A DNA stretch of 64,000 bases from Candidatus Latescibacterota bacterium. GTDB taxonomy: Bacteria > Latescibacterota > UBA2968 > GCA-2709665. Position 1 is the stretch's first letter. Every line of letters begins with the position of its first letter. Location of the stretch: positions 384,001 through 448,000 of the forward strand of contig CBDDDZ010000003.1 in NCBI GenBank assembly GCA_965226795.1, in the 5' to 3' direction. Made by a program: the position numbers and the translations under genes. Shown here in pieces: positions 1-9,603 of this stretch. Under the pieces are notes generated by a model that was not told the origin of the DNA, made no database searches, and saw nothing but the letters and a program-made list of their open reading frames with translations.

Positions 1-1422
1 GAGATCCATCTCTTCGGCCAGGAAGTGAACCCTGAGACGTGGGCGGTCTCAAAGTCTGACATGTACATGAAGGATCCGACGGGCCGCGACGCGGACAAGG
101 TCGTTTTTGGCAGCACGCTCTCAAACGATCGGCATGCCGCCCACCATTTCGATTACCTGATCGCGAATCCTCCCTACGGCAAGGACTGGAAACGCGACAA
201 GGCCGCGGTGGAGTCGGAACATGAACGTGGCGCGGCCGGGCGCTTCGGCCCCGGGCTTCCGCGCATCAGCGACGGACAGACCCTGTTCCTGCTTCACATG
301 CTCTCCCATGCCCGGGCTCCGGAGCAGGGAGGCGCGCGCATCGCGATCATCATGAACGGTTCTCCCCTGTTTACCGGCGACGCAGGCAGCGGCGAAAGCG
401 AAATTCGCCGATACATCATGGAGAACGACCTGCTGGAGGCGTTGATCGCACTGCCCGAGCAACTCTTCTACAACACCGGCATTGCAACCTACGTGTGGAT
501 TTTGAGTAACCGCGAGGCCCCGGAACGCCGGGGCAAGGTGCAGCTTATCGACGCCACGACCTTCTGGAAGCCGATGCGCCGGAGTCTGGGTGACAAGCGG
601 CGGGAGATACCGCCGGAAAAAGCAGACGAAGTACTGAAACTCCTGCGTGGCTTTCAGGATGGCGAGACGCGGAAGGTCTCCGAAGACGGCGAGGAAGAAG
701 ACAAAATCGTCAGCCGTGTCTTCTCTACGAAGCGGTTCGGGTATCGGAGAATTACGGTTGAACGCCCGCTGCGACTCAATTTCCAGGCGAACGCGGAACG
801 CATCGCCCGGTTGAGTGAACAAACGGCATTTCAGAATCTGGCCAAATCGAAGAAGCGGGGAGACGCCGGCGCCAGGGAAGAGGCCGAAGGCCGCGCCCTA
901 CAGCAGGAAATTTCGACCATGCTCGAAACGCTGCCCGACACCCTTTACAAGGACCGCGAGGTATTTCTGGCAGGACTCGCGGAAGCGGCACGGAGAGCCG
1001 GTCCTAAACTCGCGGCGCCGGTGCAGAAGGCAATCCTCACGGCTCTTGGCGAACGCGATGAAACAGCCGCGATTTGCCGGGGAAAGAACGGCGCGCCCGA
1101 ACCCGACCCGGATCTCCGCGACACCGAGCGCGTGCCGCTCGCCGATGGGGAGGACCCAGTGGAAGGCGACGGCGTCCCAGCCAGCGTCAGAGCCTTCTTC
1201 GAGCGCGAGGTCACGCCTCATGTTCCCGAAGCATGGATAGATACATCGAAGCGCGATCATCGGGACGGTAGGGTCGGCTTTGTGGGCTACGAAATCAACT
1301 TCAACCGATATTTCTACCGTTACAAACCGCCACGACCGCTCGCGGAGATCGAGGCCGATATTCAGGATATCGAAAGAGACATAATGGAGATGTTGAAGGG
1401 AATGTCCGGCGCAACGGTCTGA
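1..1422 (+). CDS. hsdM: Type I R-M methyltransferase subunit (5' truncated by window edge)
   Basis: NPPY catalytic motif (IANPPYGKDW), GSPLFTGDAGSGESEIRR, LPEQLFYNTGIATY, C-terminal GYEINFNRYFY. Confidence 0.95.
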   Translation, partial: EIHLFGQEVNPETWAVSKSDMYMKDPTGRDADKVVFGSTLSNDRHAAHHFDYLIANPPYGKDWKRDKAAVESEHERGAAGRFGPGLPRISDGQTLFLLHMLSHARAPEQGGARIAIIMNGSPLFTGDAGSGESEIRRYIMENDLLEALIALPEQLFYNTGIATYVWILSNREAPERRGKVQLIDATTFWKPMRRSLGDKRREIPPEKADEVLKLLRGFQDGETRKVSEDGEEEDKIVSRVFSTKRFGYRRITVERPLRLNFQANAERIARLSEQTAFQNLAKSKKRGDAGAREEAEGRALQQEISTMLETLPDTLYKDREVFLAGLAEAARRAGPKLAAPVQKAILTALGERDETAAICRGKNGAPEPDPDLRDTERVPLADGEDPVEGDGVPASVRAFFEREVTPHVPEAWIDTSKRDHRDGRVGFVGYEINFNRYFYRYKPPRPLAEIEADIQDIERDIMEMLKGMSGATV

Positions 1423-1446
1423 GTCACCAAAAGTATCTATGGCAAC

Positions 1447-1504
1447 TGCTTTGCGTGGCCGGATTGCCGGTCCCGCTGATGTGGAGATCTTCGACTATCA
1501 CTAA
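1447..1504 (+). pseudogene. higB: C-terminal remnant of a HigB/RelE-type toxin
   Basis: Reads CFAWPD / AGPADVEIFDYH* across one frameshift. This matches the VEI.DYH* end typical of HigB and lies directly upstream of higA. Confidence 0.6.
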
Positions 1505-1526
1505 CGATTTACCAAAGGTTTGGATC

Positions 1527-1790
1527 ATGGTACGTATTCCAACCGATCGTGTCCCCACTCATCCGGGCGTGATGTTGCTTGAGGAGTTTCTGAATTCGTT
1601 GAATTTAACACAACGGGAATTGGCTACCGCCATTCATGTGCCCTGTCAATGGGTCAACGAACTGGTGAACGGTCGACGGGGTATCACTCCGAGCACCGCA
1701 TTGCGCCTGGGGAGACATTTCAATGTGTCGGCCGCGTTTTGGCTGAATCTCCAGCTTCGCTGGGATCTGTATCACGGCAATCTGTCCTAG
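1527..1790 (+). CDS. higA: HigA/VapI-family antitoxin (possibly prematurely terminated)
   Basis: PTHPGVMLLEEFL...VNELVNGRRGITPSTALRL...FWLNLQLRWDL. The frame continues TEKLEAIAP after the TAG. Confidence 0.88.
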   Translation: MVRIPTDRVPTHPGVMLLEEFLNSLNLTQRELATAIHVPCQWVNELVNGRRGITPSTALRLGRHFNVSAAFWLNLQLRWDLYHGNLS

Positions 1791-1873
1791 ACTGAGAAAC
1801 TGGAAGCGATTGCGCCACGCGGTCAGGACCTCGAGTATAACGAGATTACATGAAGCATTAGACGGATTTTCCG

Positions 1874-1930
1874 TTGACAATTAAGCAAGAATACAATATA
1901 ATGTCGGCAATCCTTAATAAGATGCCGACA
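1874..1930 (+). promoter_or_regulatory. Consensus sigma70 promoter with overlapping inverted-repeat operator for abiEi
   Basis: TTGACA (1874-1879), 17 bp, TATAAT (1897-1902); TGTCGGCA-N13-TGCCGACA (1902-1930). Confidence 0.85.
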
Positions 1931-1935
1931 ATTTT

Positions 1936-2547
1936 ATGAGCACGCCTACAATTCAACTCGACAGAGATCGCCTTCACAGCGCCGGCCTCGGTGTCTTCTT
2001 TCGTCCGAGCCAGATCGATGAGTTGGGGATCACGTACGACCAACTCCGCCGTTTGGTCTCAACCGGGGCCGTTGAGCGGGTCAACCGGGGCCTTTATAGG
2101 CTCGCCAGTGCGGAGCCGACTGAACACGACACACTCGCTGCTGTATGCGCGCGTGTACCCAATGCCGTCATATGCCTGCTTTCGGCGCTCAGCTTTCACG
2201 AAATCGGTACCCGGCTGCCACACGAGGTCTGGATTGCGATTCCCCATAAGGCGAGACCCCCTCGCCTTCCGCAATTCCGAACCCGACTCATCAGGTTCAG
2301 CGGCGCCGCCTGGACCTATGGTGTGTCAGACACCGCATTCGAAGGCGTTCCGGCGCGAATAACCTCGCCCGCTCGCACGATCGTCGATTGTTTCCGATTC
2401 GAACACTTAATCGGACGCGAAACTGCTATTGAGGCATTGCAAGACGGTTTCCGGGAAAAAAAGGTGACTACCGGCGCCCTGCTGCGAACACTTGAGGAGC
2501 TACCTTCGCGCCGGCTGAGCGCGGCCCTGGAAATAGGAATTATATGA
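1936..2547 (+). CDS. abiEi: Type IV TA antitoxin, AbiEi family
   Basis: N-terminal wHTH (VERVNRGLY), ICLLSALSFHEI, TSPARTIVDCFR; ATGA overlap with the toxin gene. Confidence 0.88.
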   Translation: MSTPTIQLDRDRLHSAGLGVFFRPSQIDELGITYDQLRRLVSTGAVERVNRGLYRLASAEPTEHDTLAAVCARVPNAVICLLSALSFHEIGTRLPHEVWIAIPHKARPPRLPQFRTRLIRFSGAAWTYGVSDTAFEGVPARITSPARTIVDCFRFEHLIGRETAIEALQDGFREKKVTTGALLRTLEELPSRRLSAALEIGII

Positions 2548-3497
2548 TCACCGACGTCGCGGCGTCCATCAGATCTCGCCTGTACAATAAGGCAAAAAAA
2601 GTCGTATCGAGTTCCAGTTTTTCCTCGTGCGCTACGCCTGCGAAAGATTCCTATATCGCCTCGGCGCGTGCCCAGTACGTGATCGGTTTATACTCAAAGG
2701 CGCAACTCTGCTTGCCGTTTGGATGGATGAACCCTACCGCGCTACTCGCGATATCGATTTATTGGCGTCCTCCGGTGTCCCTGACGAAATGTACGTGCGA
2801 GAAACTATGAAAACCATCTGCAATGTCCCCTGCCCGGAGGATGGCCTGGTTTTCGATCTCGATAGCTTGCGGATTTCTATGATTCGTTCGGAGCAAGCGT
2901 TCCCGAGCCAACGCGCCAAGCTCAACTGTTATCTTGGAAGCGCGAGAATTCTCACCCAGGTAGACTTTGGTTTCGGCGACGTCGTCACGGCCGGTGCCGA
3001 GCAAGCGAAATTAAAGACCCTCATTGGCGGTGTCCCCGAACCCTCGTTGCTAGTTTATCCGCTGTCGACAAGCGTTGCCGAGAAGTTTGAAGCCATGGTG
3101 CGATTTGGGCAGCGCAATAGCCGTATGAAGGACTTCCATGACATTTGGGCCCTGTCGGATCGGTTTTTCTTTGATGGCGAGAAACTCCGCCGGGCCATCC
3201 GGGACTGTTTCAGCCGGCGTGGCACGGATCTGAACTCCGAGACTCCGGTTGCTCTCACTTCGTCGTTCTACTCGGACAATGACCGGAATAGGCTGTGGCG
3301 CAACTATCGGGTTGAGAACGGGCTCATGACACCGCCACCCGAATCTTTCGGAAATCGTTGGTGAGCGGTTGCAGAGATTTCTTGAGCCTATCCGTGAAAG
3401 CGTCCTGGCCGACACTTCGTTCGACCTTTGTTGGCCCGCTGGTGGACCGTGGCAACCCGTTTCGGACAAAGACAGCGAGAACGGAGACCGAGCTTGA
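2544..3497 (+). pseudogene. abiEii: AbiEii/AbiGii nucleotidyltransferase toxin with two frameshifts
   Basis: AASIRSRL, ERFLYRL, FILKGA, RATRDIDL, AEKFEAM, NSRMKDFHD. Frameshifts in the A7 run (~2594-2600) and near 3351; the typical tail WPAGGPW lies in another frame ending at 3497. Confidence 0.85.
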
Positions 3498-3721
3498 GGT
3501 CATCAGGTACAGCGGTTGAGATGGCGTGCCCAAAACGAAAACGAAAACGCCTGTGTGTTGCTGCGGTTGAAGACCCTTCCGGACCTTGTAGACTTCGGCA
3601 CCGAGCGGCTTACATATGATTGAGTGGCATCGTGACGTCTCTGCCGGAAATCGGATTGCCCACGTCGCTAACAAACTTGAAATGCTGAAGGGTTTGCGCG
3701 AAGAATCGCCTGAGTGACATC

Positions 3722-3755
3722 AAATGTCGGCAGTTACGATATAGTGCCGACATTT
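3722..3755. promoter_or_regulatory. Second copy of the abiE operator-like inverted repeat
   Basis: AAATGTCGGCA-N12-TGCCGACATTT, with the same 8-bp half-sites as at 1902-1930. Confidence 0.6.
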
Positions 3756-3917
3756 AACGTCTTTCCAGGCTCTCGACCAGACGAACTACAGCAAGAATAG
3801 AATATCTTCAAGGGCGATTTACATGTCCGAACTTGGTGCAACACAGATTCCCAAGCCTAGCGACGAGCAAGCCTTTGAGCGGTGCAATGTTACGCTTTAT
3901 CAGAGGAGGATAGACGC

Positions 3918-5243
3918 TTGGAAGGCGACGTCAGGAGATTGATCGACGATCCCCGGTTCCGGGCATACCATCGGGAGCTCCTGAAACCAAGGGAGTTCAA
4001 CACGTTCGACGTTCTCCAGTACGCGGACTACGAAATCCGCCACAGCAACGTGTTGGCGTGGCTGCTCCAGCCCGGCGACACCCACGGTATCGGCGCACGG
4101 TTCCTGAAATGGTTTGTGGACCAGATCGATAAACGGCTCCCGGTGGCGAATGCGGACCGCCTTCCCGCAATCGGCTTTGAGGTGTCGAATGTCGCTGTCT
4201 GGAGAGAACGGGACCACGTCGACATCACGGTCTTGTTCAAGGAAGAGCGGTGTTTGATCGCCATCGAGAATAAGGTGGGACCGGCGTCTACCGACCACGT
4301 TCAGCAAGCCTTGGGCTACGAACGGGAGCTGCGCGAAAAGCACAAGGACCACACGGTGAGAAGCGTCCTGTTGACCACCTCGCCCAACGGAAGCGTGGAC
4401 TTCCCGGGCATTGTCCACGTTGGTTGGGAGTCGGTCCACGAAGTCATCGGCAGATTCTATGCGGAAGGCAGGTTCCAGTCCTGTGGCGTACGGACCTTCG
4501 TACTACAGTACCTTGAACTGGTCGAAAGGTGGTTTGGTTCCGCAGGAGTCGAGGGCTTCAAGAAGCTTCTTGACGACTATCACTCCATCCTGCAGAAGAT
4601 GCGGCAGGTCCTGGACAAGGACGGCGATGACGGTGTCCGTGGGATGGCGCCGGAGGATCGGACGGCGTACCGCGACGCGCTTGTCACGCTGGTGAAGGCA
4701 TCGAGACAGGATCCCTTGGATCTGCGAACGGCGGTGGCAAATTGCCTCAAGCGGCAAGGCTGTAAACTCCAATACGCAATGAATCCCCCGAAGGGGATTT
4801 ATTGGTTGAATTGGCGCAATACCGACCTGGCCGGTTTCGCGCGGAGACTGGGCTGCGGAGACTTCGCCCTCTCGTGGGGGATGACGTTCACCCATCACGA
4901 AGTCCGGGCGGGTTTCTATCTCTATCAAAAGAAGCCAGAGGAGCAGGCCTCGCTGGACCGGCTCAAGCATTTCCTGAAAGCCACGCCGATCAACAGACAT
5001 ATGCCGGACGAATACGTCATGCGGGACAACGGCTTCGGCTGGTATCAGGTCTACGACCTGGAGGTCCTTTCCAGGGATGAGCTTGCCGGCATGTCGGGAC
5101 ACGAGGTCAAGGAGGAAGTGATCCGGAGACTGGAGAACTTCATGGGTCCGGACGACTCGGAGTACAGACGCATCGACGACTACTTCCAATGCCTCGCCTT
5201 CACACCCGACGATTCGGCATCCGCGCGGGAGGATTCGCCATAG
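3918..5243 (+). CDS. PD-(D/E)XK nuclease family protein
   Basis: EIRHSNVLAWLLQP..HGIG, VDI...IAIENK, Q...Y motifs. AGGAGG RBS precedes a TTG start at 3918. Confidence 0.8.
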   Translation: MEGDVRRLIDDPRFRAYHRELLKPREFNTFDVLQYADYEIRHSNVLAWLLQPGDTHGIGARFLKWFVDQIDKRLPVANADRLPAIGFEVSNVAVWRERDHVDITVLFKEERCLIAIENKVGPASTDHVQQALGYERELREKHKDHTVRSVLLTTSPNGSVDFPGIVHVGWESVHEVIGRFYAEGRFQSCGVRTFVLQYLELVERWFGSAGVEGFKKLLDDYHSILQKMRQVLDKDGDDGVRGMAPEDRTAYRDALVTLVKASRQDPLDLRTAVANCLKRQGCKLQYAMNPPKGIYWLNWRNTDLAGFARRLGCGDFALSWGMTFTHHEVRAGFYLYQKKPEEQASLDRLKHFLKATPINRHMPDEYVMRDNGFGWYQVYDLEVLSRDELAGMSGHEVKEEVIRRLENFMGPDDSEYRRIDDYFQCLAFTPDDSASAREDSP

Positions 5244-5339
5244 CGGTTTGAAACTGCCGCTCCATTGAAGCGCCGAATCGGTGCTATATTGCTTTTGCGG
5301 TCTTGCGGGACAACTCGAAATCCAACGCTGGAGGGATCA

Positions 5340-5828
5340 ATGATATCCGGATCCGCCGGTTCCCTGGTTTCCGCCGAGTGGGGCGCGGCCTCGGTCGCGC
5401 TACTGCTCGGCCTGCTCGCCGCGACCGGCTGCCGTGAATCGACGCTCGATCCGGGTGTCCCCGATAGCAACGTGGTAGTCGCCGACGACCGCGACCGGGG
5501 AGACGACCCCTGCGTCGTGAACTCGGCCGCCATCGGCGGACACCGGTTGACCATCGAAGTCTCGTACGCCGGCGGCTGCCGGAGGCACGACTTCACGCTG
5601 GTAATCTCGAAATCGTTCAGAGAGTCGGATCCAGTGCAGCTTCCGGCCGTGCTCGCCCATAATGCGAACGGCGATCGCTGCGAGGCATGGCTGACCGAGT
5701 CCCACGTCTTCGACCTCGCCTTGGTCAGGACGCGCTATCAGTAGTTATACGGACCCGGTCCGGGCAAGGTCGTCCTTCGAATCGAGGGCGTGTCCGGTGA
5801 CAACTTCTTGTACGAATTCGACGGATAG
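5340..5828 (+). pseudogene. Lipoprotein of unknown function with an in-frame TAG at 5742-5744
   Basis: Hydrophobic signal with lipobox (LLAATGC), YAGGC..HDF, HNANGDRCEA. The frame continues LYGPGPGKVVLRIEG...FDG* after the TAG. Confidence 0.55.
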
Positions 5829-6363
5829 CGCCGGGCGGGTCGCCCAACTCGAAACCGGCAACTCCTGCTTTCTTCGATTGAACGCGACGAGAGTCCTGAC
5901 CTCTCTAATTTACAGGCGCTATGCAATTATATCGGTCATACGGGTGCGGATCTTCAGTCACATACCGCCCTCGGCGCCGGATTCATTAATGCCCTATGGG
6001 CGAGCGCCCGACCTATTGTCCTGTCTGACGTTCCCGTTGATTCAAAGACTCTTAAAGCCACAGACCAGGTGTCACGTGCGCTGATCGGCGAAAATAAAAA
6101 CGAAGAATGGTCAAGATGGGCGGCTAAGCTCTTCCTTGGGTTGGCGAAGCTCCAGCACTTTATCTTCTCCGCTGGTGCGAGGGGAAATTTTTGCCTGTCG
6201 ATCAAATTCGAAAGATTCTGCGAGAAGAGATGGATTGACGGGAGTGGCTATTCGGGGTTCGTTTAGAACGGGGGCAAACGGACAATAGATAGTAAATGAT
6301 CTGAGACGAAGAATTCGAATACCAAGGGAATTTGCGTGATAATAGACACGGCACGGAGGTAGT

Positions 6364-7761
6364 GTGAATTACCGGAAGGCGAACACCAACCATCCATTGA
6401 AGAATAGGCTAAATCCCTACCCGGCCTACAAGGACTCCGGCATCGAATGGCTGGGTGGGATACCAGCGCATTGGGAGGTGAAACGGCTGAAGTATGCTGT
6501 AAATTTGAACCCAGCGTCAACCGAGGCAAGAACCCACGACGATTCGCTTGAGGTCTCGTTTGTACCGATGGAGGCTGTTGGAGAATACGGCGGCCTTGAA
6601 TTGGTGACAACTAAGCCAATACGCGATGTATACGATGGTTACACGTACTTTCGTGAAGGGGATGTTTTGGTCGCGAAAATTACCCCGTGTTTCGAAAATG
6701 GCAAGGGCGCGATCGCTACTGGGCTCGTTAATAAAATTGCATTCGGGACCACGGAGCTGCACATCCTACGGACCAAAAGGACGACAAACCGGCAATTCCT
6801 GTTCTACTTGTCTATGGGAGATGCGTTCAGAAAACTTGGCCAAGCCGAAATGTATGGTGCGGGCGGCCAGAAACGCGTGCCCGAATCATTCATTGCCGAC
6901 TTATTGCACCCGCTCCCACCTCTCCCCGAACAGCGGGCCATCGCCGCTTTCCTTGATCGCGAGACGGCCAGGATCGACACCCTCGTCGAGAAGAAGGAAC
7001 GGCTAATCGAGTTGCTACAGGAAAAGCGCTCCGCGCTCATCAGCCACGCCGTAACGCGGGGTCTCGACCCCGACGTACCCACGAAGGACTCGGGAATCCA
7101 GTGGCTGGGAGAAATTCCGGTGCATTGGGAAGTAAGGAAGATCAAATCTCTGTTGGTTTGCCGAAAAGGTGCAATCAAGACTGGTCCATTCGGCAGCCAA
7201 TTGCACAGTTTCGAAATGACGCATAGCGACATAAAGGTGTTCAATCAGCGGACAGTGATTGATCGCGATATTTGGACCGGTGTGAACTACATTTCGATGG
7301 CTAAATTTAACGAACTACAAGCCTTCGAAGCGTTTCCAGGTGACTTGCTAATTACTACACGGGGCACGATCGGACGATGTCTGATTATTCCATTCGAAGC
7401 TCCTCGAGGTATTCTCCATCCCTGTCTAATGAGGATTCAAATAGACTCAAAGCATGCGTACGATCACTATATCGAGTTGGTCATAGAGAAAAGCGGATTG
7501 ACTTTGGCACAACTTCAATTGATGAGTCATGCTACGACAATTGACGTGATTTATTCGGATTCATTAAAAGAGACTCTACTATCAATTCCACCACTCCCCG
7601 AACAACGCGTTATCGCCGCCTTTCTTGACCGCGAGACGGCAAAGATTGACGCCCTCGCCACAAAGGTCCGAGAAGCCATCGACCGCCTGAAGGAACTCCG
7701 CTCGGCTCTCATTTCCGCGGCGGTGACGGGCAAGATCGATGTGCACGAAAACGTGCCATGA
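6364..7761 (+). CDS. hsdS: Type I R-M specificity subunit
   Basis: Two repeated conserved regions (KDSGI.WLG.IP.HWEV; PPLPEQR.IAAFLDRETA.ID) flanking two TRDs; ends ISAAVTGKIDV. The true start may be ~6397. Confidence 0.95.
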   Translation: MNYRKANTNHPLKNRLNPYPAYKDSGIEWLGGIPAHWEVKRLKYAVNLNPASTEARTHDDSLEVSFVPMEAVGEYGGLELVTTKPIRDVYDGYTYFREGDVLVAKITPCFENGKGAIATGLVNKIAFGTTELHILRTKRTTNRQFLFYLSMGDAFRKLGQAEMYGAGGQKRVPESFIADLLHPLPPLPEQRAIAAFLDRETARIDTLVEKKERLIELLQEKRSALISHAVTRGLDPDVPTKDSGIQWLGEIPVHWEVRKIKSLLVCRKGAIKTGPFGSQLHSFEMTHSDIKVFNQRTVIDRDIWTGVNYISMAKFNELQAFEAFPGDLLITTRGTIGRCLIIPFEAPRGILHPCLMRIQIDSKHAYDHYIELVIEKSGLTLAQLQLMSHATTIDVIYSDSLKETLLSIPPLPEQRVIAAFLDRETAKIDALATKVREAIDRLKELRSALISAAVTGKIDVHENVP

Positions 7762-7910
7762 ATTATCCAGGCGACTGGTCCATTATGGACCATACGTGGA
7801 GACATGGAGCGAAATCCAAAAAGACCGCGGAATACGGCGAATCCCTTGAAACCTGTTCTTGAGTAACTTAGATTTACTGGCTTGATCCCGTCTTTGCGAT
7901 GGGTTTAAAT

Positions 7911-8761
7911 TCACTGTTTTGTCGTCAAATTCCATCCACCTCCGTCTTTGAGAATTAGCTTCATATTCCCGTCCTGATCCGTTCGGTATACCTTGTTTCC
8001 CTTGTTGGAACCGCCAGAATATTTCTCGTATAGTTCGATGGCCTTAGAGTTGGGGTGGCCGTGTGGGTTATCACCAACGGACACAATTGTCATCGCTGGA
8101 TCCATCGCTTCTTAACGTGATCAACGTAGTAGTGTTTTTCATCTTGGGGGTCATCGAAAAACGTGCTTGATCCATGATGGCCTGCTAAAAGTATGTCGCA
8201 CAAGAGTTCACTATTGTTGTAGTCTTCTTTAACTGCATATCTCCATGTCTCAGCATCGCTATCGCCCGTAAGCATTACGCTTCCTTCTCGCGAGACGTCG
8301 TTTGCACTACGTTGCTCAACCTTAAGTACTATGCCTTGCGCGTTGGCGTTTTTGGGTAGTCGTTCGTCTCGCGCACTCAGAAAGCGAAATCGTGTGCGAC
8401 CAAATCCCTGGCGCTTCAACTTCTCTTTGAGAACCGCGCCGACGGTTCTCCTTAGCTGCATGTATTGACGATATTCCGGGGCGTCAATCGAGGTTCCTGG
8501 ATGCCCGCTATCCCAGATCTTCTTAATGGGAAAGTATTCGTTTAACTTGGTTATACCGCGAATATGGTCGGCGTCTCGGTGAGTGCATACAAACGCGGCT
8601 AATATAGACTGCCAACCGATCTGTCTAGCGACGTACTGTAATACTCTATCTTCGTTCTCGTCGGTGATGTTGCAATCAACGACAAAATTGTCTCCATTTG
8701 CCGCTTCAATTAGCGACATGTTGCCCTGTCCAACGTCTATGAAATGTACAATCGTACTCAT
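7911..8761 (-). pseudogene. ComEC/Rec2-like MBL-fold hydrolase split by one frameshift near 8105
   Basis: VHFIDVGQG, THRDADH, LTGD, GHHGS; the continuation in another frame reads IVSVGDNPHGHP...YRTDQDG. Confidence 0.8.
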
Positions 8762-8850
8762 TGTTGGATACTCCACTTCAAGAACTCGAATCTAAAATGC
8801 GTCAGTGTAGATTGCTATTGCATGGAGATCACTTGCTACGAAACTTCCAT

Positions 8851-9603
8851 TTAGTTTTGGCAACTATCAGTGAGATCGTCCCTGTTAAGGCCTACAACCG
8901 CCGCGAAAAAACTTTCTGCGTAACGATCGGCCTTTTGGCGAGTATACTTCGGTAGGATGTATCCTAAGATTACAGTTCCCACCGCGATGAGTGTAGAAAT
9001 GAATGCCAAGAGTGAAGAACCGTTCTGACAGAGATATGTTACCCAGCATCCGACGAGGCTGGCCATAGCGAATGTAATCCACACGCATCTGAGCCCCGTC
9101 AAATTTCGCGCAAACCCGTAGTCGCTGTTGTGTAGACGTACCCGCTCCCCGATAGGTGATTTCCACAACCGACTGCGAAGCTCACTGAGAGCATCGTTAA
9201 TCACGGCCTCAATCTCGTGTTCATTGCCAGTCTCGACGGCTTGAGCGATGTCAAGGCCAACCAAGTCCTTTATGACCTGATACCAACGCTTTTTTTGTTG
9301 ATCGGAAGTTGAATTATCGTCTGGATGGAGCCATCGGTTCGTCGGAGCGTCGTGGGGCCAGGCAGGCCACATTTTTGACTGCAATCGATTGCCAAATGCC
9401 GAAGCAAGATGAGACGCGAATACAGCTAGAAGGGTACTGAACACAACGTAGGACACAAGAAGCTTCACAATTCCGAGAATCGGGATACCGAATGCAACTG
9501 CGACGGTCCACAACGGTAGAACAGAAAGTGCGGCAGGGATAAAACGGGCTTTTCGTTCGTATTGGTCACTCAGGTTTAGGTAGTTGAGCCATCCCTTATT
9601 CAT
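8851..9603 (-). CDS. Four-TM membrane protein, putative defence effector
   Basis: Two N-terminal and two C-terminal hydrophobic helices around a soluble segment (YERKAR..PA, N.DYGFARN); overlaps the upstream gene by 8 bp. Confidence 0.7.
   Translation of the reverse strand: MNKGWLNYLNLSDQYERKARFIPAALSVLPLWTVAVAFGIPILGIVKLLVSYVVFSTLLAVFASHLASAFGNRLQSKMWPAWPHDAPTNRWLHPDDNSTSDQQKKRWYQVIKDLVGLDIAQAVETGNEHEIEAVINDALSELRSRLWKSPIGERVRLHNSDYGFARNLTGLRCVWITFAMASLVGCWVTYLCQNGSSLLAFISTLIAVGTVILGYILPKYTRQKADRYAESFFAAVVGLNRDDLTDSCQN

Noticed and set aside
2590..2602. Programmed -1 frameshift at A AAA AAA in abiEii
   Set aside because: The frame would fit, but a second frameshift near 3351 and general local decay make mutation more likely.
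1788..5744. Amber readthrough or recoding (in-frame TAG in higA and the lipoprotein)
   Set aside because: clpP, hemH and mnmE end normally at TAG, and there is no recoding machinery in the window.
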